DNA of 64,000 bases from an uncultured delta proteobacterium (GCA_963753325.1 CAVWBS010000003.1:1128220-1192219); one strand, 5' to 3'. Shown: positions 38,058-46,724, numbered from the stretch's first letter. Made by a program: numbers and translations. Notes: generated from the letters alone by a model not told the origin.

Positions 38058-38632
38058 TGCTCCGCTGGCTGTGTTTCATCGCGCTCGCGGTCCTGACGCC
38101 GGCGCCCGCGCCCGCCGTCGTCTTCCATGCCAAGGACGAGGCGCTGGCGCTCGCGTTTCCCGGTGCCGATCGCGTGGACGACAAGGCCGTCATCCTCACC
38201 GACGCGCAGAAACAGGAGATCGAGAAGCGCGCGCACGCGCCGGTCGAGTCGTCCCTCTGGACCGTCTACACGGGCTGGCGCGGCACGGAGCTGCTCGGCT
38301 ACGCGGTGATCGACACCCACGACGTCCGCACGCTTCCCGAGGCGGTGATGGTCGTGCTCTCTCCGGCGGGCGAGGTGCGGCGCGCCGAAGTCCTGGCGTT
38401 CTACGAGCCGCCCGAGTACGCGCCGACCGAGCGCTGGGCGAAGCAGTTCGAGGGCCGCAGGCTGGACGACGACCTGAAGCTCGGCGCAGGCATCCAGGGC
38501 ATCACGGGGGCCACGTTGACCGCGACCGCGATGACCGCCGGCGTCCGCCGGGCGCTCGCCCTCTACGGCGTGCTGCGCGACGCAGGGGTGCTGGCGAAAC
38601 CGTGCACGGAGGCCGCATGCGGTTCACGGTGA
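38057..38632 (+). CDS. Exported FMN-binding-domain protein (NqrC/RnfG-like FMN_bind) with an ApbE flavinylation motif.
   Basis: Signal peptide MLRWLCFIALAVLTPAPAPA. Acceptor motif GIQGITGATLTA is encoded at 38498-38521. The start overlaps the upstream stop (TGATG). Confidence 0.75.
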   Translation: MLRWLCFIALAVLTPAPAPAVVFHAKDEALALAFPGADRVDDKAVILTDAQKQEIEKRAHAPVESSLWTVYTGWRGTELLGYAVIDTHDVRTLPEAVMVVLSPAGEVRRAEVLAFYEPPEYAPTERWAKQFEGRRLDDDLKLGAGIQGITGATLTATAMTAGVRRALALYGVLRDAGVLAKPCTEAACGSR

Positions 38633-39144
38633 CGCCGGATTGGCGTGACAATCGCCTGCTGAAGCTCGTCCTCGCGTGGTTCCTCATCTACGTCGCGCTC
38701 TTCTGGACGACGAACGGGTTGCTCTACTTCGCGAAGATGGGTCTCACCCCGCAGTCGGTGGTGGCGTATTACCGCGGCGACGAGGAGCGATTCCTCCAAC
38801 CGCGCAGCTATCAAGGCATGCTCGAGATCGCGCACTTCCACCTCTTCGCGATGGGCATCCTGGTGCTCACGATGACGCATCTGCTGCTGTTCGTGCCCAT
38901 CACCACACGGACGAAGGCGTGGATCGTCTGCCTGTCGTTCGCGAGCGCCGTGGGCGACGAGGCCGCCGGATGGCTCGTCCGCTTCGTCGCGCCGGCGTTT
39001 GCCTATCTCAAGATCGCGTCCTTCCTCACCTTGCAGGCGACGTTGGCGTTCATGGTGATCGCGGTCACGTGGGCGCTCGCGACGGCGCAGCGGAACGCAT
39101 ACCGCGATGGCGGCGACGATCCCGAGGACGACGAGGACGCGTGA
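38617..39144 (+). CDS. 4-TM membrane protein with conserved-looking His residues in TM2 and an acidic C-terminal tail.
   Basis: 175 aa with four hydrophobic helices. TM2 reads EIAHFHLFAMGILVLTMTH, with two His residues 13 apart. The ORF overlaps the FMN_bind gene by 16 nt. Confidence 0.55.
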   Translation: MRFTVTPDWRDNRLLKLVLAWFLIYVALFWTTNGLLYFAKMGLTPQSVVAYYRGDEERFLQPRSYQGMLEIAHFHLFAMGILVLTMTHLLLFVPITTRTKAWIVCLSFASAVGDEAAGWLVRFVAPAFAYLKIASFLTLQATLAFMVIAVTWALATAQRNAYRDGGDDPEDDEDA

Positions 39145-39198
39145 ACGTGCCCGCGCGAACGTTGAAGGCGGCCTCCCCCGCGGTGTAAGTGCGGGCGA

Positions 39199-40290
39199 GT
39201 GACCGCACCGGCCGCGCGGCGTCTGCCCCGCCAGCTCGACGTCCTGCAAGTCTATCGCGGCATCGCTGCGCTGCTCGTCGTCCTCTACCACCTGACGTGG
39301 TGGGGTGGCGGACGCGCCTATCTGCAATTGCCGGACTGGACGCCGGGACTTCCCCCGGGCACGCCGGCAGGGCTCTTCCGCTTCGGCCACAGCGGCGTCG
39401 ACTTCTTCTTCACCTTGAGCGGGTTCGTCATGGTGTGGGGGTATGGCGCGTACGCCGGCGACATCCGGCGGCTCGGCCGGTTCTTCTGGTCGCGCTTCAC
39501 GCGCATCTATCCCACCTACTGGGCGATCCTCGCCCTCACCATGGCGTATCTCCTCACCCACCACGGGGTGAACGACGGGGCGCTCGGCCACGACGCCGTC
39601 GTGCGCGGAATCCTGCTGGTCGGCAATGGCCCGTGGCAGATCCCGCCGTCGGGAACGCTGCCCTTCGAGCTGGCGCTCTACGTGTTCTTCGGCCTGCTCT
39701 TCGTCGTCGGCTGGATCCCGTTCGTCCTGGCGGCGCTCGCCTGGTGCGGGATGATCGTCGCGCAGTGGTACGGCTGGACGCACATGGCGAGCTACCCGAC
39801 GTGGCTCTCGACGTCGATGCTCGAGTTCTTCCTCGGCAGCGCCGGTGCGCTGTTCATCCGCCGCGTGCAGCCGCGGGTGTCGGGCTGGTGGCTCGCCGCG
39901 GCGGCGGTGCTGTGCATGGCGGTCGGCGTCTTCGACTCGGTGCAGTCGGCGCTCGACCAGCACCACAACATCCGGAACTTCGCCGTGCCCTACCTCCTGC
40001 TGATCGTCGTGGGCGCGGCCTACGACCTCGGCGGCCCGCGCCGCTATCCGCGTCCGCTGATGCTGATCGGCGACGCGTCCTATTCCATCTACCTCAGTCA
40101 TTTCTACCTGATCTGGGAGATCAACGGCTGGGCATACCGGCGTGACCTCGCCGGCCGGATCGGCCTCGACGGACAGAAGACGGTCGTCCTGGTCGCGGTC
40201 GTCGCGGTCGGTGTCGGGTGCTGGGCCTTGATCGAGCGGCCGCTGCTGCGCTGGTCCGGGCGCCGGGGGTCCCGGGTGACGGGCTCGTGA
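39199..40290 (+). CDS. Acyltransferase family 3 (OafA-like) membrane protein.
   Basis: LQVYRGIAALLVVLYH, GHSGVDFFFTLSGFVM and RIYPTYW, with multiple TM segments. 363 aa, GTG start. Confidence 0.75.
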   Translation: MTAPAARRLPRQLDVLQVYRGIAALLVVLYHLTWWGGGRAYLQLPDWTPGLPPGTPAGLFRFGHSGVDFFFTLSGFVMVWGYGAYAGDIRRLGRFFWSRFTRIYPTYWAILALTMAYLLTHHGVNDGALGHDAVVRGILLVGNGPWQIPPSGTLPFELALYVFFGLLFVVGWIPFVLAALAWCGMIVAQWYGWTHMASYPTWLSTSMLEFFLGSAGALFIRRVQPRVSGWWLAAAAVLCMAVGVFDSVQSALDQHHNIRNFAVPYLLLIVVGAAYDLGGPRRYPRPLMLIGDASYSIYLSHFYLIWEINGWAYRRDLAGRIGLDGQKTVVLVAVVAVGVGCWALIERPLLRWSGRRGSRVTGS

Positions 40291-40339
40291 CGCAATCGGG
40301 CTTCCGGACGCGAGGTCAGCCCGGCTTGGAAGTCGTCCC

Positions 40340-40393
40340 CTACGTGAGCACGTAGCGGACGGCGCCGCACAGACAGCTTCCCGTCACATGCAT
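40340..40393 (-). pseudogene. 17-codon remnant of a GFA (glutathione-dependent formaldehyde-activating/CENP-V) family gene.
   Basis: MHVTGSCLCGAVRYVLT followed by a stop. GSCLCGAVR is the conserved N-terminus of GFA-domain proteins. No continuation is seen in any frame. Confidence 0.35.
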
Positions 40394-40446
40394 GCCTCGC
40401 CTCGTCATGCGGTGAACTGCCGAATATTCGCTCGACCCCGGCCCCG

Positions 40447-41169
40447 CTATCGAGGCAGCCGCTCGACGTTCCGTGCGAGCGCTTCCCTGGCGCCGCCGAG
40501 CTTCGGCGTGCCGTGGGCGGAGATCAGGTTGTCGAAGTCGAGCGCGAGGATGCGCTCGAAATCGGGACGCACGCTGCCGCCCGGCGGCGTGACCGCCTTC
40601 AGCCAGATCGGCCCGATCACGCACGGCGTGAAGAACCCCATCGGGTACATGACGAGCTTCCCGAGCAGCGAGAGCAGCGGATCGCGGTCGTAGTGCTGCA
40701 CGCTGTCGCAGGTCACCAGCAAGCGGTGCTGCGGCAGATGGACGGCGCACTCGGCTTGCGTTGCGTTCTTGAAGATCACGACGCGAGCACCGGGGATCGG
40801 GAAGGGGCCGTCCTCGCTGACGCTCCGGCTGAATCGCGGCTCGGGGTACGTCTGCCCGCCGGGCACGCCCCAGAACTCGACGCCGAACTTGTCGACGTAG
40901 TAGCCGTCGTCGCGGCCGTGGTACGTGCCGAGCCGCACGGCATGCTTGAACGGCGCCTTCGCCAGCAGCTCGGCCTCCGCCGCCTCGCTCAACCGTACGG
41001 GGTTCAGCAGGACCCAGCCGTCGGCGGCGCGCACCGCGACCATATTGCGACTGAACGTGATGCTCAGCCCCATCGGAATCGACATGGCGTTGGCGCTGGC
41101 CGCGAGCCACACGTCCGGAAGGCACTCGCGCAGCGGCAGATGGCGCGAGGCCGGCGGGTGCTGGCTCAT
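40447..41169 (-). CDS. Conserved hypothetical protein (about 240 aa).
   Basis: Intact ORF from ATG 41169 with no compositional oddities. I cannot place the family confidently. Confidence 0.45.
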   Translation of the reverse strand: MSQHPPASRHLPLRECLPDVWLAASANAMSIPMGLSITFSRNMVAVRAADGWVLLNPVRLSEAAEAELLAKAPFKHAVRLGTYHGRDDGYYVDKFGVEFWGVPGGQTYPEPRFSRSVSEDGPFPIPGARVVIFKNATQAECAVHLPQHRLLVTCDSVQHYDRDPLLSLLGKLVMYPMGFFTPCVIGPIWLKAVTPPGGSVRPDFERILALDFDNLISAHGTPKLGGAREALARNVERLPR

Positions 41170-41221
41170 GGCGCGCACCATAGGTCGCGCGCGGGGGTGA
41201 CGCAACGAAACGACCGGCCGG

Positions 41222-42067
41222 TCAGACGGCCGGAAGCCGGAACACGCGCGCGGCATTGGCGCTGGTGCGCGCCGCGATCTCGACGAGCGGCCGGCCGCAG
41301 GCGCGCGCGATCTCGTCGGCGACGTGACGGACGAGCGCCGGCTCGTTGCGCTTGCCGCGATGAGGGATCGGCGCGAGGAACGGGGCGTCGGTCTCGATCA
41401 GCAGGCGGTCGAGCGGCACGGTCCGCGCCACGGCGCGCAGGGCGCCGGCGGTCTTGAACGTGACGATGCCGGAGAACGAGAGCGTGAAGCCGAGGGCGAG
41501 GCACGCCTCCGCCTCCGCGGCCGTGCCGCTGAAGCAATGGATGACGCCGCCGACCGCGGCGGCATCCTCTTCGCGCAGGATGGTCAGCAGATCCGGATAG
41601 GCGTCGCGGCAGTGGATCACGAGCGGCAGGCCGGCGCGGCCCGCCTCGCGGACGAAGCGGCGGAGGTGCGTGCGCTGCGTCTCGGGCGTCGAATGCTCAT
41701 AGTAGTAGTCGAGCCCGGTCTCGCCGACCGCGACCACCTTCGGATGGCCCCACAGCTCGCGCAGCGTGACGTACGTGTCGTCGACGATCTCGCTGGCATC
41801 GTGGGGATGCACGGCGACGGCGGCGAAGATGTCGCGATCGGTCTCGGCGATCGCCACCGCGGCCCGATTGCTCGCCAGTGGCCCGCCGGCGCCGATCGTG
41901 ATCAGGCGCTGGACGCCGGCGGCGCGCGCGCGCGCGATCACGGCGTCCCGGTCGTCGTCGAACGCCGTCTGGTCGAGATGGCAGTGCGAGTCGATCAGCG
42001 GGACGATCGTGTCGGGCGGGCGCAGATCCGCGGGACGCGGCCGCGCCGCGACCGTGTCCTTGGCCAT
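41222..42067 (-). CDS. tatD: TatD-family metal-dependent hydrolase (DNase).
   Basis: LIDSHCHLD, AVGETGLDYYY, PLVIHCRDA, GVIHCFSG and LLIETDAPFLAP. Confidence 0.85.
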   Translation of the reverse strand: MAKDTVAARPRPADLRPPDTIVPLIDSHCHLDQTAFDDDRDAVIARARAAGVQRLITIGAGGPLASNRAAVAIAETDRDIFAAVAVHPHDASEIVDDTYVTLRELWGHPKVVAVGETGLDYYYEHSTPETQRTHLRRFVREAGRAGLPLVIHCRDAYPDLLTILREEDAAAVGGVIHCFSGTAAEAEACLALGFTLSFSGIVTFKTAGALRAVARTVPLDRLLIETDAPFLAPIPHRGKRNEPALVRHVADEIARACGRPLVEIAARTSANAARVFRLPAV

Positions 42068-43659
42068 CACGTGTCGGCGACGTCGATGCGCGGGAACAGC
42101 ACGACGGGCGGCTGCACCACGTGGCCGGGCGGGAACGCCGCGCCCCACGCGACGCCGGGCAGCGACAGCGCGTCGGCGGGCAAAGCGAGCAGGCCGCGCA
42201 TGCGCTCGGCGGTCTCCGGCAGGAAGGGGGCCGCGAGCTGCGCCGTGACGCGCAATGCCTCGAGCAGGTTGTGCAGGATCGTGCCGACGCGCGGGCGCTC
42301 TGCCGGGTCCTTCGCGAGCGTGAACGGCGCGGTCTCGACGATGTACTTGTTGGCGTGATCGGCGGCGCGCCAGATCGCCTCGAGCGCGCGCGCGAGCATG
42401 AGGTCGCCGACCTGCGCCTCGACCTCGACCGCCGCCGCCGCGAACGCCGCCCGGAGCCCCTCGTCCTCCGGCCGCGGCGCGCTGCGCGGCTGCACCACGC
42501 CCTGGAAGTAGCGCTGCTGCATCGACAGGGTGCGGCTCACCAGGTTGCCGAGGTTGTTCGCGAGGTCGGCGTTGATGCGGGTGACGAGCCCGTCCTCGCG
42601 GAAGTCGGCATCGAGGCCGAACACGCTCTCGCGCAGCAGCACGTAGCGGAACGCATCCATGCCGTAGCGCTCCTTCATCTCGAGCGGGCGGACGACGTTG
42701 CCGAGGCTCTTCGACATCTTGTCGCCGTCGACGGTCCAGTAGCCGTGGACGTTCAGGTGCTCGTACAACGGCAACCCCGCCGCCATCAGCATGGTGGGCC
42801 AGTAGACCGCGTGCGGCTTCAGGATGTCCTTGGCGATGAAGTGGTTGGCGACGGGCCAGAGCGCCTTGAAACGTTCGTCACCGAGCTCCCGCACCGCCGT
42901 CACGTAGTTGATGAGCGCGTCGAACCAGACATAGGTGACGAAGCGATCGTCGAACGGCAGCTCGATGCCCCATGTGAGGCGCGCCTTCGGGCGCGAGATG
43001 CAGAGGTCCTCGAGCGGCTCGCGCAGCATCGCCAGCACCTCGTTGCGATAGCGCTCCGGCCGCACCATTCCCGGCCGCTCGTGCAGCGCCGCGAGCAGAC
43101 GCTCCTGGTACTTCCCCATGCGGAAGAAGTAGTTCTCCTCCTCGATCCACTCCGGCGTCGTGCGGTGATCGGGGCAGCGCCCGTCGACCAGCTCCTTCTC
43201 CGTATAGAAGCGTTCGCAGCCGGTGCAGTACAGGCCGCCGTATTTGCTGAAATAGATGTCGCCGCTGTCGTACACCTGCTGCAGGATCCCGCGGACGGTG
43301 CGTACGTGGTCGGGGTCGGTCGTGCGGATGAAGCGATCGTAGGCGAGGCCGCACGCCTCCCACGTCCGCCGGAACGCGCCGCTGATGCGGTCGGCGTATG
43401 CCTTCGGCTCCTCGCCCGCGGCCTCCGCCGCCTGCGCGATCTTGTCGCCGTGCTCGTCGGTGCCGGTGAGGAAGTACGTCTCGACGCCGCGCTGGCGGTA
43501 GAAGCGCGCCATCGTGTCGCAGATGAGGATCGTGTAGGCGGAGCCGAGGTGCGGCTCGGCGTTCACGTAGTAGAGCGGCGTCGTGATGTACACGCGGCTG
43601 CGGGACGACGGCGCCGTGCCGTCGGGCCCCGGCGCGGAGGACGCGTCGCTACTCGGCAC
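42067..43659 (-). CDS. metG: Methionine--tRNA ligase (short form).
   Basis: ITTPLYYVNAEPHLGSAYT (HIGH region), the zinc knuckle CTGCERF...CPDH, and KMSKSLGN. The start is assigned to GTG 43659 and is approximate. Confidence 0.9.
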   Translation of the reverse strand: MPSSDASSAPGPDGTAPSSRSRVYITTPLYYVNAEPHLGSAYTILICDTMARFYRQRGVETYFLTGTDEHGDKIAQAAEAAGEEPKAYADRISGAFRRTWEACGLAYDRFIRTTDPDHVRTVRGILQQVYDSGDIYFSKYGGLYCTGCERFYTEKELVDGRCPDHRTTPEWIEEENYFFRMGKYQERLLAALHERPGMVRPERYRNEVLAMLREPLEDLCISRPKARLTWGIELPFDDRFVTYVWFDALINYVTAVRELGDERFKALWPVANHFIAKDILKPHAVYWPTMLMAAGLPLYEHLNVHGYWTVDGDKMSKSLGNVVRPLEMKERYGMDAFRYVLLRESVFGLDADFREDGLVTRINADLANNLGNLVSRTLSMQQRYFQGVVQPRSAPRPEDEGLRAAFAAAAVEVEAQVGDLMLARALEAIWRAADHANKYIVETAPFTLAKDPAERPRVGTILHNLLEALRVTAQLAAPFLPETAERMRGLLALPADALSLPGVAWGAAFPPGHVVQPPVVLFPRIDVADT

Positions 43660-44500
43660 GCTTCTCGACGAGGTCCTCGAGCGTGACCTCCACCTCGACG
43701 CCATCGTCGGCGCGTCGCACGACGGCCGTCTGGCGCAGGACGTTCTGTCGCACGACCTCGCCGTCGCCCTTCACGGAGGTGACGGCCGCGCCCACCCGGG
43801 GCAGGGCGCGGCGCAGCTCGAGATAGGTGTCGTACTCGTACCGCAGGCAGCACTTCAGCCGCCCGCACATGCCCGAGAGCTTCGAGGGATTGAGCGACAG
43901 CCCCTGCTCCTTCGCCATCTTGACGGACACCGCCTGGAACTCGCGCAGCCACGTGGAGCAGCAGAGCTCCCGCCCGCACGGGCCGATGCCGCCGACGAGC
44001 TTGGTCTCGTCGCGGGCGCCGATCTGCTTCATCTCGATGCGGGTGTGCAGCGCCTGCGCCAGGTCGCGGACCAGCTCGCGGAAATCCACACGCCCCTCGG
44101 CGGAGAAGTAGAAGATCGCCTTGCTGGCGTCGAACAGGTACTCGACCTGTACGAGCTTCATCGGGATCTGGCGCTCGCGGATGCGCACGAGGCACATGCG
44201 CCGGGCGTCCTGCTCGCGCTGCAGATTGACCTCGAGGCGGGCGAGATCGCGGGCGTCGGCCTTGCGCAGCACCTTCGGCGGCCGGCGGTCGCCGGGCGTA
44301 GCCGCGGACGGTTGCGGCGCACGCGCGACGGTGCCGAGCGCGGCCCCGCGCTCGTTCTCGACGACGACGAGATCTCCACGGGTGAGCAGCAGGCCGCCGG
44401 CATCGAACTCGAACGCCTTGCCGGCCGTCCGGAACGTGACGTCCACCATCGTCAGGGGAGGGGCGGTCGGCCCGGGAGTGCGTTCGCCGGTCGGTTCCAT
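43649..44500 (-). CDS. PSP1 domain protein (YaaT/RicT-like).
   Basis: IFYFSAEGRVDFRELVRDLA, GPCGRELCCSTWL and GMCGRLKCCLRYE. Shows the conserved tmk-holB-PSP1-metG synteny. Confidence 0.85.
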   Translation of the reverse strand: MEPTGERTPGPTAPPLTMVDVTFRTAGKAFEFDAGGLLLTRGDLVVVENERGAALGTVARAPQPSAATPGDRRPPKVLRKADARDLARLEVNLQREQDARRMCLVRIRERQIPMKLVQVEYLFDASKAIFYFSAEGRVDFRELVRDLAQALHTRIEMKQIGARDETKLVGGIGPCGRELCCSTWLREFQAVSVKMAKEQGLSLNPSKLSGMCGRLKCCLRYEYDTYLELRRALPRVGAAVTSVKGDGEVVRQNVLRQTAVVRRADDGVEVEVTLEDLVEKRAE

Positions 44501-44505
44501 CGTCT

Positions 44506-45555
44506 TCAGGCGGTGAGCTCGAGCAGCATACGGATCAGGGTCAGGTTGCGATTGGCGTTCTGACGCAACGCCGTCATCGTACCATACGTGATCTCGAGAT
44601 TGCGAAGCGTCGCCGCCGGCGCGAGCGCCGGCATCTGCGCCGCCAGATCGGCGTTGTGCAGCTCGGTGTCGCCGCCGAGCAGGCCGCGGCGCAGGACGTC
44701 GCGGTACCAGGACATGATGACGCTCAGCACCGGCGCCAGGTCCTTGTGCTCGCTCGCGAGATTCTGCGCCAGGTCCGCGATCGCCTTGAAGCCGCCGCGG
44801 CGGGCTGCCACCAGGCGCGCCAGGATCTCGGGGCGCCGCTCGGCGAAGAACTGCCGGTCGAGCGCCAGCGCCTGGCCGGCGCTGCCCTCGGCGAATGCCG
44901 CGAGTGCGAGGGCCTCCGCCGAGGCGTGGCCGTGGGCCTCGAGGATCGCGACGATGTCGCCCATGGGCAGGGGCGCGAAGGTGATCCGCTGGCAACGCGA
45001 GAGGATCGTCGGCGTGAGCGCCTCGGCGTTCACCGCGACCAGGATCAGGACGGTGTGGCCGCCCGGCTCCTCGAGGGTCTTCAGCAGCGCGTTCTGCGCC
45101 TGCAGGGTGAGACGCTCGGCATCGTTCACGATCCCGATCTTCGGATGCGTGCTCATCGAGCGGAAGCCGAGCTCGCGCTGCAGCTCGCGCACCTGGTCGA
45201 TCGAGATGTCGCGCCGCTCCTCGCTCGGTCCGAGAATGACGTGCACGTCGGGATGGGTGCCGGCGGCGATCGTGCGGCAGGCGTCGCACGCGCCGCACGC
45301 CTCGAACGGCTGGACCTCGCAGTGCAGCCCGAGCGCGAGGGCGCGGGCCGTCGCGAGCTTGCCGATGCCGGCGGGCCCGGCGAACAGCAGCGCGTGGGCC
45401 AATCGCCCGCTCTCCCATCCGCGACGGAGAAAGGAGATCGCCCGCGCCTGACCGCGGATCTCCGCGAGGCGGCGCACGCGTGCCGGCGCCGCGGGCGGCC
45501 GTCGCGGTCGGGGAGTCGCCTTGGGCCGCTCGGGGGGGGTCCGAGCGGCCGTCAT
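44506..45555 (-). CDS. holB: DNA polymerase III subunit delta'.
   Basis: GRLAHALLFAGPAGIGK, the zinc-module-like CGACDAC, LLKTLEEP and TILSRCQ. The ATG at 45555 overlaps the tmk stop. Confidence 0.85.
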   Translation of the reverse strand: MTAARTPPERPKATPRPRRPPAAPARVRRLAEIRGQARAISFLRRGWESGRLAHALLFAGPAGIGKLATARALALGLHCEVQPFEACGACDACRTIAAGTHPDVHVILGPSEERRDISIDQVRELQRELGFRSMSTHPKIGIVNDAERLTLQAQNALLKTLEEPGGHTVLILVAVNAEALTPTILSRCQRITFAPLPMGDIVAILEAHGHASAEALALAAFAEGSAGQALALDRQFFAERRPEILARLVAARRGGFKAIADLAQNLASEHKDLAPVLSVIMSWYRDVLRRGLLGGDTELHNADLAAQMPALAPAATLRNLEITYGTMTALRQNANRNLTLIRMLLELTA

Positions 45556-46193
45556 GCGCGTCGCTCGGTGAGCCAGGGGTCGACGATCGCGGCGATCTCG
45601 TCGCGCACGTGGGCGATGTCGGCGGTGGCGTCGATACGCCGCACGCGCTGCGGCTCGGCCTCCGCGAGCGCGAGGAACCCGGCGCGCACGCGCTCGTGGA
45701 ACGCGGCGTCGAGCGCGTGGTAGCGGTCGGCGGCGGCGTGCAGGCGTGCGCTCGCGACCACGATCGGACAGTCGAGGAGCAGGGTGAGATCGGCGGCAAG
45801 ACCGTCGCGACTCTCCGCATCCCAGCGGCGCACGCGCGCGACGTCGCCGTTGCGGCCGTATCCCTGGTACGCCACGGTCGAGTCCGAGAACCGGTCGCAG
45901 AGCACGATGGCGCCGCTCGCGAGCGCCGGCTGGATGACGCGCCGGACGTGCTCGACGCGATCGGCGAGGAAGAGCAGGAGCTCGGTCGACGGCTCGAGCA
46001 CCATGTCCGACTCGAGGAGCAGGCGGCGGATTTCGCGTCCGAGCGGCGTCGCGCCGGGCTCGCGCGTCGTGACGACCCCACGGCCGCGCGCGCGCAGGTG
46101 CCGGGCGAGCAGGCCGATCTGCGTGCTCTTGCCCGCGCCGTCGACACCCTCGACGGTGATGAACGTGCCGGTAGTCGTCGATGGATTCGCCAG
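45552..46193 (-). CDS. tmk: Thymidylate kinase. There is no ATG, GTG or TTG upstream of the P-loop; the apparent start is CTG.
   Basis: The frame is open from the TAG at 46221-46223 and reads FITVEGVDGAGKSTQ (P-loop), REPG, and DRF.DST.AYQG. CTG at 46191-46193 is preceded by GGAGG with a 7-nt spacing. Confidence 0.8.
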   Translation of the reverse strand: MANPSTTTGTFITVEGVDGAGKSTQIGLLARHLRARGRGVVTTREPGATPLGREIRRLLLESDMVLEPSTELLLFLADRVEHVRRVIQPALASGAIVLCDRFSDSTVAYQGYGRNGDVARVRRWDAESRDGLAADLTLLLDCPIVVASARLHAAADRYHALDAAFHERVRAGFLALAEAEPQRVRRIDATADIAHVRDEIAAIVDPWLTERRA

Positions 46194-46289
46194 GACGGAG
46201 CCTCCGCGAAAGCCGCGACTCTACCGGGCGATGGCGGAGCGGTCCAGGCGTCGTCGGCGTCTCCGGCTGCTCGAGCCGCGGAGGAGGGC

Positions 46290-46703
46290 TCAGCTGCGCG
46301 GTGGCTGCGAGCCCGCGTCCTGCGTCGAGGCGGGGCGCTCGCCGAGGACGAGACGGACGCCGTAGATCAGCTGCTGCGACGAGAACGGCTTGGTGATGTA
46401 GTAGTCGGCGCCTTCCTTGTAGCCGGTCAGCACGTCCGCGTCCCGGCTCTTGGCGGTGATGAGGATGACCGGGATGTCGGCCGTCGCGGCGCTGCCCTTC
46501 AACTGGTTCAGCACCTCGATGCCGCTCATCTCCGGCATCATGATGTCGAGGAGCACGCAATCCGGCGGTGCCGCCGCGATCAGCTCGAGCGCGCGGCGCC
46601 CGTCGTGCGCGGTCTCGACGATGTAACCCTTCGCCGTGAGAAAGCTCGCGGTGATCTGGGCGACGTCCTCGTTGTCGTCGACCACCAGAATGCGTTCGCT
46701 CAT
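46290..46703 (-). CDS. Single-domain response regulator (CheY-like receiver).
   Basis: ILVVDDNED, LLDIMMPEMSG, ILITAK and YITKPF. 137 aa with no output domain. Confidence 0.85.
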   Translation of the reverse strand: MSERILVVDDNEDVAQITASFLTAKGYIVETAHDGRRALELIAAAPPDCVLLDIMMPEMSGIEVLNQLKGSAATADIPVILITAKSRDADVLTGYKEGADYYITKPFSSQQLIYGVRLVLGERPASTQDAGSQPPRS

Positions 46704-46724
46704 CGGGACCTCCTCGTGTCTTGC

